NCBI RefSeq assembly: GCF_000018105.1
Contig: NC_009925.1
Span: 1,920,001 to 1,952,000, forward strand
Length of the DNA: 32,000 nucleotides
Direction of reading: 5' to 3'
From: Acaryochloris marina MBIC11017
Lineage (GTDB): Bacteria > Cyanobacteriota > Cyanobacteriia > Thermosynechococcales > Thermosynechococcaceae
Shown here piece after piece: positions 17,063 to 27,247 of the stretch. The notes under the pieces are model-generated. The model worked only from the letters and a program-made list of their open reading frames with translations. It did not search any database and was not told the DNA's origin. How positions within the stretch are numbered: position 1 is the stretch's first letter; every line of letters begins with the position of its first letter. Made by a program: the position numbers and the translations under genes.

Positions 17063-18766
17063 ATGCTAAGACTGGAACATATTGGTAAGGTCTACCCCAC
17101 GGGCGAAATCCTCAAGGATGTGAATTGGGAGCTAAAGCCTGGCGACCGGATCGGCTTAGTGGGCGTCAATGGTGCGGGTAAATCCACTCAACTCAAAATT
17201 ATTGCTGGCGAAGTTGAGCCAACCTCAGGAGAAGTCATTCGTCCCAACAGCCTACATATTGCCTATCTCAACCAGGAGTTCGATGTCGTCACGAGTCGAA
17301 CGGTACGGGAAGAATTTTGGACCGTTTTTACAGAAGCCAACCAAGTTCAGCAACAACAGCACCACGTCCAACAGCAAATGGAAAGTGCTGCCCCAAACAC
17401 CCTCGACGACTTAATCCATCAACTGGATCGACTACAGCGCCAGTTTGAGGCTTTAGATGGCTACGGCCTCGAGTCTCGCATTGAAAAAATCTTGCCGGAG
17501 ATGGGCTTTAGCGCCGAAGATGGAGACCGTTTAGTCAGTGCTTTTAGTGGCGGTTGGCAGATGCGGATGTGCTTAGGCAAAATCCTGCTGCAAAGCCCTG
17601 ACATTCTGCTACTGGACGAGCCGACTAACCATCTGGATCTAGAAACCATTGAGTGGTTAGAAACCTATTTAAAGGGACTCACGACCCCCATGGTCATTGT
17701 GTCCCACGATCGGGCCTTTATGGATCGGCTCTGTAACCGCATTGTCGAAACCGAGCGGGGAGTGGCGACCTCTTATTTGGGCAACTATTCTGCCTACATC
17801 CAACAGAAAACAGAACAGCAGTCAGCCCAACTCAGTGCTTTTGAACATCAGCAAAAAGAACTTGAAAAACAGCAGGCCTATGTCGATCGGTTTCGCGCCA
17901 GCGCCACCCGCAGTACCCAGGCTAAAAGTCGCGAAAAACAGCTCAATAAAGTCGAGCGCATAGAAGCCCCGACTGCCGACGTCCGCACCCTCAAGTTTCA
18001 GTTCCCTCCTGCTCCTCGAAGTGGTCGGGAAGTCGTCATCGTCAAGGATATGGTTAAAACCTATGGAGACGATATTCTTTTCCTAGGGGCCAATCTGTTG
18101 CTGGAACGGGGCGATCGGGTGGCCATCTTAGGCCCGAATGGGGCTGGGAAATCCACCCTTCTACATATGCTAATGGGAACGGAGCCCCCCGATGAAGGGA
18201 CCGTCAAATTTGGAGAACATAACGTTATTCCAGGGTATTTTGAGCAAAATCAAGCTGAGGCTTTGGATCTGTCAAAAACCGTGATGGACACCATTCATGA
18301 TGAAGTGCCTGACTGGAAAAACGAAGAGGTCCGAACGCTGTTGGGCCGCTTTCTCTTCAGTGGTGAAACTGCTTTCAAACAAGTGGAGGCCTTAAGTGGA
18401 GGAGAAAAAGCTCGGCTGGCCCTAGCCAAGATGTTGCTCAGTCCCGTCAACTTACTCATCCTGGATGAGCCCACCAATCACCTCGATATTCCCGCGAAAG
18501 AGATGCTAGAAGCAGCGCTACAGGATTATGACGGCACGGTCGTGATTGTGTCCCATGACCGATATTTCATCTCCCAAGTCGCAACTAAGATTGTGGAAAT
18601 CAACGAGGGAGAATTGATTCTCTATCGAGGGGATTATCAGTACTACCAAGAGAAGCTAGCGGCTGCAGCAGAGAAAGCGAAGCAAGAGAAAATTGCCGCT
18701 GAGAAGGCAGCCAAAGCTGAAGCAAAGCGGGCCAAAAAACGCAAAAAAGCCAAAGCCAAAGTTTAG
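17063..18766 (+). CDS. ABC-F family ATPase (translation-factor type, no transmembrane domain)
   Basis: 567 aa. It has two Walker A motifs (GVNGAGKST, GPNGAGKST), two signature motifs (FSGGWQMR, LSGGEKAR), an inter-domain linker, and a Lys/Ala-rich C-terminal tail. Confidence 0.9.
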   Translation: MLRLEHIGKVYPTGEILKDVNWELKPGDRIGLVGVNGAGKSTQLKIIAGEVEPTSGEVIRPNSLHIAYLNQEFDVVTSRTVREEFWTVFTEANQVQQQQHHVQQQMESAAPNTLDDLIHQLDRLQRQFEALDGYGLESRIEKILPEMGFSAEDGDRLVSAFSGGWQMRMCLGKILLQSPDILLLDEPTNHLDLETIEWLETYLKGLTTPMVIVSHDRAFMDRLCNRIVETERGVATSYLGNYSAYIQQKTEQQSAQLSAFEHQQKELEKQQAYVDRFRASATRSTQAKSREKQLNKVERIEAPTADVRTLKFQFPPAPRSGREVVIVKDMVKTYGDDILFLGANLLLERGDRVAILGPNGAGKSTLLHMLMGTEPPDEGTVKFGEHNVIPGYFEQNQAEALDLSKTVMDTIHDEVPDWKNEEVRTLLGRFLFSGETAFKQVEALSGGEKARLALAKMLLSPVNLLILDEPTNHLDIPAKEMLEAALQDYDGTVVIVSHDRYFISQVATKIVEINEGELILYRGDYQYYQEKLAAAAEKAKQEKIAAEKAAKAEAKRAKKRKKAKAKV

Positions 18767-18892
18767 GAGTGGCCTGCGGTAAGATTGCAGCTGTTTTAGG
18801 CTATCAAACGACACCTTAACCCTGCTGAAAGACATCCGGTGGTCTATTTTTCTCCGTGCTAGAGTATGGTCTGGTGGCGATCTTTCAGCATT

Positions 18893-20674
18893 ATGGTGTT
18901 TAAAAGTTTTACGTATCCAGCTGTGGCGTTTATGGGGGTTGCAGCCGTTGCGATTGCACCTCATCCCGCCCAAGCCCTCAGTCCTGACCAAATTAGTGGC
19001 ATCGCCAAGCAAGTCACGGTGCTCATTGATGGTCAAAATCCTGGATCAGGGGTCATTATCGATCGGAATGGCGATACCTATACGGTCCTCACGGCGTTTC
19101 ATGTGGTTGGCACCCCCGATGAATACGATGTCGTCACCCCCACCGATCAACGCTACAAATTAGACTACCAAACCGTTAAACGCTTGCCGGGTGTTGATCT
19201 AGCGGTTCTCAAATTTAAAAGCAATAAAACCTATAAGGTTGCCGACCTGGGGAACTCCACCCAAGTACAAGAAGGAAAGCCCATCTATGTGGCCGGATTT
19301 CCCCAACCCACCCAAGCCATTAACTTATCCATTTATCGGTTTACAGAAGGACGACTCACGGCCAACTCATCGAAACCCTTAGCCGATGGTTATGCCCTGG
19401 TTTATAACAATTCCACTCGACCCGGCATGAGTGGTGGCCCCGTCCTCAATGACCAAGGTGCCCTAGTCGGCATTCATGGCCGCTCGGATGCTCAGCAACA
19501 GGGCAATGTCTACTTCAAAAATGACACCAACTTGGGGGTTCCCATCGATACCTTCTCAATGATGGCCCCTCAAATAGGGGTGAAGTTAGATTCAATCCCT
19601 GGATCCTCAACGCCTAGCCCATCCATTCCCGCTACAGCTCCTACCCGCCCACCAAGACCGCCGGTCCCCCAAGGACCTAGGGCAGGAGATTTTTACCTCC
19701 AGGCCACTGATAAGTTGCAACGGGGAGATTCCCAAGGTGCTTTGCGAGATCTGAACCAAGCCATTAGCCTGAATCCCAATTATGCCAATGCCTATGGCGA
19801 TCGAGCCACGATCAAATTTCAGCAGGGCGATCGCAGAGGAGCACTTGCAGACTTAGACCAAGCCATCCAGATTGATCCTCAGTTAGCAGATGCCTATGGC
19901 ATTCGTGGACTATATCGAGTGGTGACGGGCAATATTCGCGGCGCTCAGTCCGATGTAGAGAAAGCGGTCCGTCTCAAACCTGAGATCGGCTATGCCTCTC
20001 GGGGCGTGGTGCGCTGGTATCGCAGTGATTTGGCAGGCGCTCAATCCGATTTTGACCAGGCGCTCAGTCTCAAGGATTCGTTCAAAGATGCCTATGCCGT
20101 CCACTATTTTCGTGGGTTTGTCCGTTGGCAGCTGGGCAATTTTGATGGTGCCCTCCAGGATCTCAATCGCTCTATTCAGCTGAACCCCAAATATCTAGAA
20201 GCCGTCGGCGTTCGAGGGATTCTGCGATTCCAAATGGGGGATGAGGTCGGCGCTTTACGAGACTTTGATGAAGGCATTCGCATCAACACGGGCAGTAGTG
20301 ATATCTACACCATCCGCGGCATGATTCGCCTCACCCAGGGCGATAGCCAAGGCGCAATCTCTGATTTTGATCAAGTGATTCGCATCCAGCCCGGCAACGT
20401 CGCTTTAGCAGATATGTATGGCAGTCGGGGGATTGCCTACTTCCAAGCGGGTAATGATGAACAAGCCTTAGCTAGTCTCCGCCAGGCCGTTCAACTTGCC
20501 AAAGATGCCAGCAGCCGAGAGTCCTATCAGAAATTAGGTAACGCCATCAGTAACTTACAATCGCAACCTGCATTACGTCCTAAGATGAAGGCCTATATTC
20601 AAACCTTTATGCAAAGCTACCTGAAACGATATATCGGCCAGTATGTGCAGTCCTATCGTCCGTTGCAGGGCTAA
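18893..20674 (+). CDS. Secreted trypsin-like (S1) serine protease fused to a C-terminal TPR-repeat array
   Basis: It has a signal-peptide-like 'MVFKSFTYPAVAFMGVAAVAIAPHPAQA'. The catalytic triad contexts are 'TAFHVV', 'DLAVLKF' and 'GMSGGPV'. A Pro-rich linker follows, then repeated 'GD..GA..D..QAI.L.P..A.AY..RG' TPR units. An alternative ATG lies at 18866. Confidence 0.8.
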   Translation: MVFKSFTYPAVAFMGVAAVAIAPHPAQALSPDQISGIAKQVTVLIDGQNPGSGVIIDRNGDTYTVLTAFHVVGTPDEYDVVTPTDQRYKLDYQTVKRLPGVDLAVLKFKSNKTYKVADLGNSTQVQEGKPIYVAGFPQPTQAINLSIYRFTEGRLTANSSKPLADGYALVYNNSTRPGMSGGPVLNDQGALVGIHGRSDAQQQGNVYFKNDTNLGVPIDTFSMMAPQIGVKLDSIPGSSTPSPSIPATAPTRPPRPPVPQGPRAGDFYLQATDKLQRGDSQGALRDLNQAISLNPNYANAYGDRATIKFQQGDRRGALADLDQAIQIDPQLADAYGIRGLYRVVTGNIRGAQSDVEKAVRLKPEIGYASRGVVRWYRSDLAGAQSDFDQALSLKDSFKDAYAVHYFRGFVRWQLGNFDGALQDLNRSIQLNPKYLEAVGVRGILRFQMGDEVGALRDFDEGIRINTGSSDIYTIRGMIRLTQGDSQGAISDFDQVIRIQPGNVALADMYGSRGIAYFQAGNDEQALASLRQAVQLAKDASSRESYQKLGNAISNLQSQPALRPKMKAYIQTFMQSYLKRYIGQYVQSYRPLQG

Positions 20675-20713
20675 GGGCAACCATGAGGTCCAGCCAGAAG
20701 GGATTCTCCACTC

Positions 20714-21319
20714 ATGTTGGTAGAGGTTAGCCCTCTACAGGCCCCAGACTTAGCCGATGCAGTGGCCTTAGATCTGCAAATTTTTGGTGGCTGGTGGAGC
20801 TTGCAAGGGTACCAGCAGGAAGTAGACCGGCTGAGTAGTACTTTAGTGGGACTAAAAGTGCACCAGGAGGGTTCCAATCCTACCATCCCCGATGATGGAA
20901 CGGCGTCCCTTCCTTCCTTAGTCGGTATCGGCTGTCTCTGGCGAGTCGAAGATGAAGCCCATATTACGATGCTGGGTATTCATCCTCAATATCAAGGTCG
21001 AGGGCTGGGCCAAGCCTTACTGACGTCACTCTTAACATTGGCCAGGATGGAGCAAGCCAACCGAGCCACGTTAGAAGTCAATGTTGCCAACTCGGCAGCC
21101 GTGAAGCTGTACCAAAAGTTGGGGTTCAAAACCGCTGGGCGTCGGCCCCATTACTACGACAATGGTGAGGATGCCCTCATCCTATGGCAAGGAAGTTTAC
21201 AGACCCTCCAATTTCAGCAGTCGCTTGAGGAATGGCAACGAGATACTGAGCATCGACTCGCCCAATGGGGGTGCACAAGTCTAAATCTAATCTGGGGTGA
21301 ACCTAAGGCAAGCTCTTAA
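20714..21319 (+). CDS. rimI: GNAT N-acetyltransferase, RimI-like (ribosomal-protein-alanine acetyltransferase)
   Basis: 201 aa. It has the acetyl-CoA motif 'QYQGRGLGQALL' and 'LEVNVANSAAVKLYQKLGF'. The RimI assignment rests on overall similarity only. Confidence 0.7.
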   Translation: MLVEVSPLQAPDLADAVALDLQIFGGWWSLQGYQQEVDRLSSTLVGLKVHQEGSNPTIPDDGTASLPSLVGIGCLWRVEDEAHITMLGIHPQYQGRGLGQALLTSLLTLARMEQANRATLEVNVANSAAVKLYQKLGFKTAGRRPHYYDNGEDALILWQGSLQTLQFQQSLEEWQRDTEHRLAQWGCTSLNLIWGEPKASS

Positions 21320-21547
21320 AGTAATTTCGTAATATCCACACCCCAGTTTGATTATTTTTGACCCAATTGTTGGAAAGATAAATCTACAATGGATCAAAGG
21401 AAAAAGCTGTTTTGGTCAAAAATAGGATTTTTCGTTTGCGAAAGCTCCTCATCGATCCAGTGAGAATCCTTATGTAATCGCCAATTCAGCCGATCTATCG
21501 TGCTAAAATTGGGTTTACCAGCAAGCAGCAGGTTGTGGGAAAACGCC

Positions 21548-24016
21548 ATGTTTGAACGCTTTACAGAAAAAGCCATTAAAGTCATCATGCTGGCTCAAGA
21601 GGAAGCCCGCCGCTTGGGGCACAATTTTGTCGGCACAGAGCAAATTCTTTTGGGGCTCATTGGAGAAGGAACTGGCGTTGCCGCCAAAGTTTTGAAATCC
21701 ATGGGGGTTAACCTTAAAGATGCTCGCGTTGAAGTAGAAAAAATTATCGGTCGCGGTTCTGGATTTGTTGCGGTAGAGATTCCCTTTACCCCCAGAGCCA
21801 AGCGCGTTCTCGAGTTGTCGTTAGAAGAGGCCCGTCAGCTGGGTCACAACTACATTGGCACGGAGCACTTGCTGTTAGGACTCATCCGTGAGGGTGAAGG
21901 GGTCGCCGCCCGTGTTCTAGAAAATCTTGGAGTTGACCTGGCTAAGGTACGCACCCAAGTCATCCGCATGTTGGGTGAAACAGCAGAAGTCTCTGCTGGC
22001 GGTGGTCAAGGACGTACTAAGACCCCAACCTTAGATGAGTTTGGCGCCAACCTGACCAACCTTGCCTCTGAAGGCAAGCTAGACCCCGTTGTGGGACGCC
22101 AAAAAGAAATTGAGCGGGTGATTCAGATTCTCGGTCGTCGGACGAAGAACAATCCAGTCTTGATTGGTGAACCGGGCGTGGGTAAAACTGCGATCGCAGA
22201 AGGTCTCGCCCAGCGGATCGCCAATGGAGATATCCCCGACATCCTAGAAGAGAAGCGCGTGGTCACCTTGGATATTGGTCTGCTGGTTGCCGGTACCAAA
22301 TATCGAGGGGAATTCGAAGAGCGTCTCAAGAAAATCATGGATGAGATTCGCCAAGCCTCCAACGTGATTTTGGTGATTGACGAAGTTCATACCCTGATTG
22401 GTGCAGGGGCTGCTGAAGGGGCTATTGATGCTGCGAATATCCTCAAGCCTGCGTTGGCTCGGGGTGAACTCCAGTGCATCGGTGCCACCACTTTAGATGA
22501 GTATCGCAAGCATATCGAGCGAGATGCCGCCCTGGAACGTCGTTTCCAGCCGGTGATGGTGGGTGAGCCTTCTGTGGAAGAAACCATCGAAATTCTTTAC
22601 GGCTTGCGCGAGCGCTATGAGCAGCACCATAAACTCAGCATTTTGGATGAGTCTTTAGAAGCGGCAGCCAAGCTTTCGGATCGCTATATCTCCGACCGCT
22701 ATCTGCCTGACAAGGCCATTGACCTGATTGATGAAGCTGGTTCTAGAGTTCGGTTAATTAACTCTCAACTTCCCCCAGCAGCCAAAGAATTGGACAAGGA
22801 ACTACGCAAAGTTCTTAAAGATAAGGATGATGCCGTTCGCTCCCAAGACTTTGACAAAGCCGGTGAACTGCGCGACCGCGAGATGGAAATCAAATCCGAG
22901 ATCAAAGCGATCGCTCAGAACAAAAAGTCGAGCGAGGAGAACAAGGACGATTCCCCCAAGGTGACGGAAGAGGATATTGCCCATATTGTGGCTTCCTGGA
23001 CCGGGGTTCCCGTCAGCAAGCTGACGGAATCTGAGTCTGAGAAGCTGCTGCATATGGAAGATACCCTACACCAGCGATTGATCGGTCAGGATGAAGCGGT
23101 TCGTGCCATCTCTCGAGCGATTCGCCGGGCCCGTGTGGGTCTCAAGAATCCTAACCGTCCGATTGCTAGCTTTATTTTCTCTGGTCCAACTGGAGTCGGT
23201 AAGACTGAGCTGACCAAGGCTCTGGCCACTTACTTCTTTGGCTCCGAAGAAGCCATGATTCGCTTGGATATGTCCGAGTATATGGAGCGACACACGGTCT
23301 CCAAGTTGATTGGCTCGCCGCCTGGCTACGTGGGCTATAACGAAGGCGGTCAGCTAACCGAGGCAGTTCGTCGACGTCCTTACACTGTGGTCCTCTTCGA
23401 CGAAATCGAAAAGGCTCACCCCGACGTCTTCAATATGCTGCTGCAAATTCTGGAAGATGGTCGCTTAACCGACGCCAAAGGACGAACCGTCGACTTCAAG
23501 AACACCCTGTTGATCATGACCTCAAATATTGGGTCGAAGGTGATTGAAAAGGGTGGCGGCGGCCTCGGCTTTGAATTTGCTGAGGACGAAGCGGATTCTC
23601 AATACAATCGCATCCGCTCCTTGGTCAACGAAGAGCTGAAGGGCTATTTCCGACCGGAATTCTTAAACCGACTCGACGAAATCATCGTCTTCCGTCAGCT
23701 CACTAAGGATGAAGTGAAGGAAATTTCCGAACTATTACTGAAGGAAGTCTTCAGTCGTTTGGAAGAGAAAAGCATCACCTTGAATATCACTGATCGCTTT
23801 AAGGAGCGATTGGTGGAAGAGGGCTACAATCCCAGTTATGGGGCTCGTCCCTTACGTCGAGCCATTATGCGTCTGCTCGAGGACACCTTGGCCGAAGAGA
23901 TTCTCTCTGGTCGGGTGAAGGAAGGCGACACGGCCATTGTTGATGTAGACGAAGATCAGCAAGTTAAGATTGCCTCGGCTGAAAAACGGGAACTGCTGCC
24001 GCAAGCTGCAGAGTAA
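21548..24016 (+). CDS. clpC: ATP-dependent Clp protease ATP-binding subunit ClpC
   Basis: It starts at '[37 protein letters not shown]'. It has duplicated Clp_N repeats, two AAA+ modules ([30 protein letters not shown]) and a UVR-like middle region. The ORF-track start at 21500 is an upstream extension. Confidence 0.97.
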   Translation: MFERFTEKAIKVIMLAQEEARRLGHNFVGTEQILLGLIGEGTGVAAKVLKSMGVNLKDARVEVEKIIGRGSGFVAVEIPFTPRAKRVLELSLEEARQLGHNYIGTEHLLLGLIREGEGVAARVLENLGVDLAKVRTQVIRMLGETAEVSAGGGQGRTKTPTLDEFGANLTNLASEGKLDPVVGRQKEIERVIQILGRRTKNNPVLIGEPGVGKTAIAEGLAQRIANGDIPDILEEKRVVTLDIGLLVAGTKYRGEFEERLKKIMDEIRQASNVILVIDEVHTLIGAGAAEGAIDAANILKPALARGELQCIGATTLDEYRKHIERDAALERRFQPVMVGEPSVEETIEILYGLRERYEQHHKLSILDESLEAAAKLSDRYISDRYLPDKAIDLIDEAGSRVRLINSQLPPAAKELDKELRKVLKDKDDAVRSQDFDKAGELRDREMEIKSEIKAIAQNKKSSEENKDDSPKVTEEDIAHIVASWTGVPVSKLTESESEKLLHMEDTLHQRLIGQDEAVRAISRAIRRARVGLKNPNRPIASFIFSGPTGVGKTELTKALATYFFGSEEAMIRLDMSEYMERHTVSKLIGSPPGYVGYNEGGQLTEAVRRRPYTVVLFDEIEKAHPDVFNMLLQILEDGRLTDAKGRTVDFKNTLLIMTSNIGSKVIEKGGGGLGFEFAEDEADSQYNRIRSLVNEELKGYFRPEFLNRLDEIIVFRQLTKDEVKEISELLLKEVFSRLEEKSITLNITDRFKERLVEEGYNPSYGARPLRRAIMRLLEDTLAEEILSGRVKEGDTAIVDVDEDQQVKIASAEKRELLPQAAE

Positions 24017-24040
24017 TCGATTTCGCCTGCTAATGCTGGA

Positions 24041-24068
24041 AAAGGGAAATCCGAAAGGGTTTCCCTTT
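24041..24068 (+). terminator. Putative intrinsic terminator after clpC
   Basis: aaagggaaa / tttcccttt is a 9-bp stem around a 10-nt loop, starting 25 nt after the clpC stop. It is followed by cttg, so the U-tract is largely within the stem. Confidence 0.5.
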
Positions 24069-24097
24069 CTTGTAGTCGATAATGGTTAAAGAAATCT

Positions 24098-25033
24098 ATG
24101 ACTGCAGAAACAACGGCTCATAGCCACTCCCACCACCATAATCATGACGCTTGTAATCATAGTCATGGCGTGATCGATCCAAGTGTGGCCAGTTCCGAGC
24201 GAGGCCTGTGGGCGGTTAAATGGTCGACGACGGGACTGCTGACTACAGTCTTACTCCAGTTGGGAGCAGTCTATCTGTCCGGTAGTGTGGCCCTCCTAGC
24301 TGATTTACTCCACAATGTCGGCGATATTATTAGCGCCTTACCGCTGGGCATTGCCTTTTGGTTGGGAAGACTATCCCCAAATCGTCGATTTCAATATGGC
24401 TATGGCCGAGTTGAAGATGTAGCTGGAGTGATGATTGTTCTGATTATTGCGGCTAGCGCCGTGGCCACGGGCTATGAATCCATTCAGCGATTTATTCATC
24501 CTCAAGCTTTAGAACATTTAGGGGTCGTTGCGATCGCAGCCGGTATCGGGTTTATTGGCAATGAAGCCGTAGCCCTCTTTCGCATTCGAGTCGGCAACGA
24601 AATCGGGAGTGCTGCCCTCGTGGCCGATGGCTATCATGCCCGCGTCGATGGACTGGTCAGCTTAGCAGTCGTCATTAGTGCCGTGGGGTTATGGCTCGGC
24701 TATGCCTGGGCGGATCCACTAGTGGGATTAGGAATTACCTTCGCGTTGATCCATATTGTTTGGGAGTCTGGCCAGACAGTTTTAACGCGGTTACTGGATG
24801 GCGTTGAACCTGAAACGACTGAAGCACTACAACAAGCCCTAGCCGGATATGACTATACCCATCTGAAAGCTCGGTGGATGGGACATCAGCTCTATGCCCA
24901 AGTTTGTCTGAAGGTAGACCCCGAGATGAGCATTGGAGATGGGGATGCGATCGCAAGTCAGCTTCGTTCTCATCTCCACCAAGAAATCCCTTATTTATCA
25001 GATATCAGTATAGAGATGCAAGCAAAATCCTAA
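24098..25033 (+). CDS. Cation diffusion facilitator (CDF) family divalent-metal efflux transporter
   Basis: 311 aa. It has a His-rich N-terminus 'HSHSHHHNHDACNHSHG', six hydrophobic segments, metal-site contexts 'LLHNVGD' and 'DGYHARVDG', and a C-terminal cytoplasmic domain. Confidence 0.85.
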   Translation: MTAETTAHSHSHHHNHDACNHSHGVIDPSVASSERGLWAVKWSTTGLLTTVLLQLGAVYLSGSVALLADLLHNVGDIISALPLGIAFWLGRLSPNRRFQYGYGRVEDVAGVMIVLIIAASAVATGYESIQRFIHPQALEHLGVVAIAAGIGFIGNEAVALFRIRVGNEIGSAALVADGYHARVDGLVSLAVVISAVGLWLGYAWADPLVGLGITFALIHIVWESGQTVLTRLLDGVEPETTEALQQALAGYDYTHLKARWMGHQLYAQVCLKVDPEMSIGDGDAIASQLRSHLHQEIPYLSDISIEMQAKS

Positions 25034-25227
25034 CACTGGGGAAGCAGGTTCTACGTCAAACCGACACCATTGAACCAAACCGTCTTGAATTGCCAATTCC
25101 AGTAGCGATAGGAGCCATCAACAGCCCCACACTTCATTTTCCGTAACCTTCAGGCACAAGAATTCAGCCTATCTAGTCAAATGTTGTACAGTGATCTGCA
25201 AAATCTGAATTCCTAGGAGTTGAGCAT

Positions 25228-25659
25228 ATGCATCTTAACCTGGCAATGATGATGGTATGGCTGTGTTTAGGGCTGAGTTTGGGATGGCTAGGGTTATTAC
25301 TCGCCCTCACTACGGCCAATACTCTCCAAAAGATTCAACCTCAGCAATCCAGGAAGAAACTGTCCTTGCCATTTAATTTCAAACCGTTCTGGCAAGGATG
25401 GTCAGGTCAGATTCTACTTCCAGTCTCCAGTCGAACCGCCAGCACATTGCTGGAGAAGATTATCCCAACGGAACAGACTATCCCGGCAGCAGCAGCACTT
25501 ACCCCCCATCATCCACCCTTAGCCTGTGAGCTGAATATTAGATCCAGCTCCTTTAGCCCTAGCTGTTGTTTACTCCATACCAAACAGGGATCGCCACTCC
25601 ATGGAGGCGCTATTTCGACTCGGTTAACTCGCCTACAACGGATGGGAGTCTTGTTATAA
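25228..25659 (+). CDS. Hypothetical protein with an N-terminal transmembrane/signal segment
   Basis: 143 aa. AGGAG lies 8 nt upstream of the ATG. The N-terminus is hydrophobic and the rest is Ser/Pro/Leu-rich with no recognisable family. Confidence 0.4.
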   Translation: MHLNLAMMMVWLCLGLSLGWLGLLLALTTANTLQKIQPQQSRKKLSLPFNFKPFWQGWSGQILLPVSSRTASTLLEKIIPTEQTIPAAAALTPHHPPLACELNIRSSSFSPSCCLLHTKQGSPLHGGAISTRLTRLQRMGVLL

Positions 25660-25745
25660 AAGTCATCAATTGGGGAGATTTGACATAATTTGTAATAATT
25701 TGTTAGGGTAATTGATTGAAAGACCCAGGCAAAGAGTAAGTAATT

Positions 25746-26081
25746 ATGCTCAAAAAATTAATTGTTCCTTTGACCATCGCAGCATCCGTATTGTTTCAGT
25801 CTGCTGCCCTGGCTCAAACCGCAACTTACTACAGTGATTACTACCAAGGTCGCCAAACGGCATCTGGCGAAATTTTCGATACTTGGGGTAATACTGCAGC
25901 CCACCCCAGCCTACCGTTTGGTACTTGGGTTCAGGTCACCAATTTGAATAATGGTGCTTCAGTCAATGTCCGTATCAACGATCGATGCAACTGCGGCATT
26001 GACCTTAGCAAAGCTGCTGCTGGACAGATTGGTCTGCTGCAAACCGGTGTTGCCCCTGTTTCCATCCAAGTTCTACGGTAA
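25746..26081 (+). CDS. RlpA-like double-psi beta-barrel (DPBB) domain protein, secreted
   Basis: 111 aa. A signal peptide ends at 'AALAQ'. 'YYQGRQTASGEIFD...AAHPSLPFGTWVQVTNLNNGASVNVRINDR' is the RlpA/DPBB core. Confidence 0.85.
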   Translation: MLKKLIVPLTIAASVLFQSAALAQTATYYSDYYQGRQTASGEIFDTWGNTAAHPSLPFGTWVQVTNLNNGASVNVRINDRCNCGIDLSKAAAGQIGLLQTGVAPVSIQVLR

Positions 26082-26152
26082 GTAGCTGTCGCCAACCATT
26101 GAGTTGGAATAGATCCATCAGAATTTGCTCTGAATTGAAATTTTGATATTTC

Positions 26153-26185
26153 CAGAAGCCTCCTAATCGAGTTAGGAGGCTTCTG
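26153..26185. terminator. Perfect 14-bp stem / 5-nt loop hairpin between convergent genes
   Basis: cagaagcctcctaa-tcgag-ttaggaggcttctg. It starts 72 nt after the rlpA-like stop and ends 106 nt before the stop of the minus-strand gene at 26291. There is no clear U-tract. Confidence 0.55.
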
Positions 26186-26290
26186 TGATCTCCGCCCTAA
26201 AATACACAGTGCGGGTTCAGCCCATACCAGTTTTTTAAATCGCCACAGGGATTGCTTTACCTACGCCAAGGTGACGATGATTAGCCAAAC

Positions 26291-27186
26291 TTACAGATCT
26301 TCCCATTGCTCAAAAAGAATCACAGGATCGTCCGTCAGTTTGAGAACATAACAAAGATCACTCAAATGCTGACAAATATCGTCTCTTTCACTTGTTTCCA
26401 GGGTTCGATATTGCTGCTGAAGCACATTGAAGCCTTCAATAAGCAATTTTAAGTGGGCATGGACATGCTGTTTTTTGGGTTTGTCGCCTAGATCTATCAG
26501 TGCATCAATAGTGCTTCTGAATAACCGCCGTGACTTTTGGACCACAATCTTGGGCTTCATATATTCTTCCCATCTTGAGAAAAATTTTTCGCACCGAAAT
26601 TGCTTTAAACTCATCATTCCCAGGTGGGCCAATCGCTCTTTTTCTTTCCGTTCCGATTCCAACAGCCTTGCCGAAAATTCTTCTTGCTGACGACGAAGTA
26701 TTTCTTCGTGGTTGCCGTTGTCCCACTCCTCCTGCAGTAATAAGTGATTGCCATTGAACGCAGACCAGAACCCAATATGATTTCCTGGCAAGTCTTGATC
26801 TGATTCAGGTGGATAAATCACACCAAGATTCATAAAATCGGAACTGGGTGGGGAGCTAACTGTCCAACACACTAGCGCTCCTATATACGCATGATGCGTG
26901 AGTCGTAGAACCTCTTTCAGACGTTCATCTTCCAATTGCGGTATCTCATTGTCAAGGTAAGTCGTCATTACAATGACAGGGCAGATTCCAGCCCATTCGC
27001 CACTGTCTGCGTTTGACACAACTTTTGCGACTCTACACGCACCATAACGTCCATCTGCCAAGCGAAATGCATATACACAACTTTTGCGACTCTACACGCA
27101 CCATAACGTCCATCTGCCAAGCGAAATGCATATATAGTTCCAACAGCCGGGAGATTATCTACTGTGTAACGTTTTTCTGCCATCAA
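26291..27186 (-). pseudogene. Hypothetical 278-aa protein gene disrupted by a 59-bp tandem duplication (frameshift)
   Basis: ORFs 26968..27186 (72 aa) and 26291..27061 (256 aa, artefactual TTG start) both contain 'LADGRYGACRVAKVV'. The span is 896 bp, and removing 59 bp leaves 837 bp, which is 279 codons. Deleting one repeat copy therefore fuses them into one frame. Confidence 0.8.
27017..27134. repeat. Perfect direct tandem duplication, 2 x 59 bp
   Basis: cacaacttttgcgactctacacgcaccataacgtccatctgccaagcgaaatgcatata at 27017-27075 is repeated exactly at 27076-27134. I compared the two copies base by base. Confidence 0.95.
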
Positions 27187-27247
27187 ATGTCTGAATTAAC
27201 CTCCTTTATGATTCCCTGGTGTTTGACTAAGCAACACGCACATTAGA

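Noticed and set aside
8185-24956. Numerous 60-145 aa ORFs nested in or antisense to glyA, the WecA-like gene, cinA, the ABC-F gene, clpC, the CDF gene, ttcA and others (for example 13560..13997, 22123..22362, 28348..28752)
   Set aside because: All lie within confidently assigned genes. They have Arg/Ser/Pro-rich shadow-frame composition and no independent start or termination signals.
27017-27134. CRISPR array or minisatellite
   Set aside because: There are only two directly abutting copies with no spacers, inside a coding frame. This is a simple tandem duplication.
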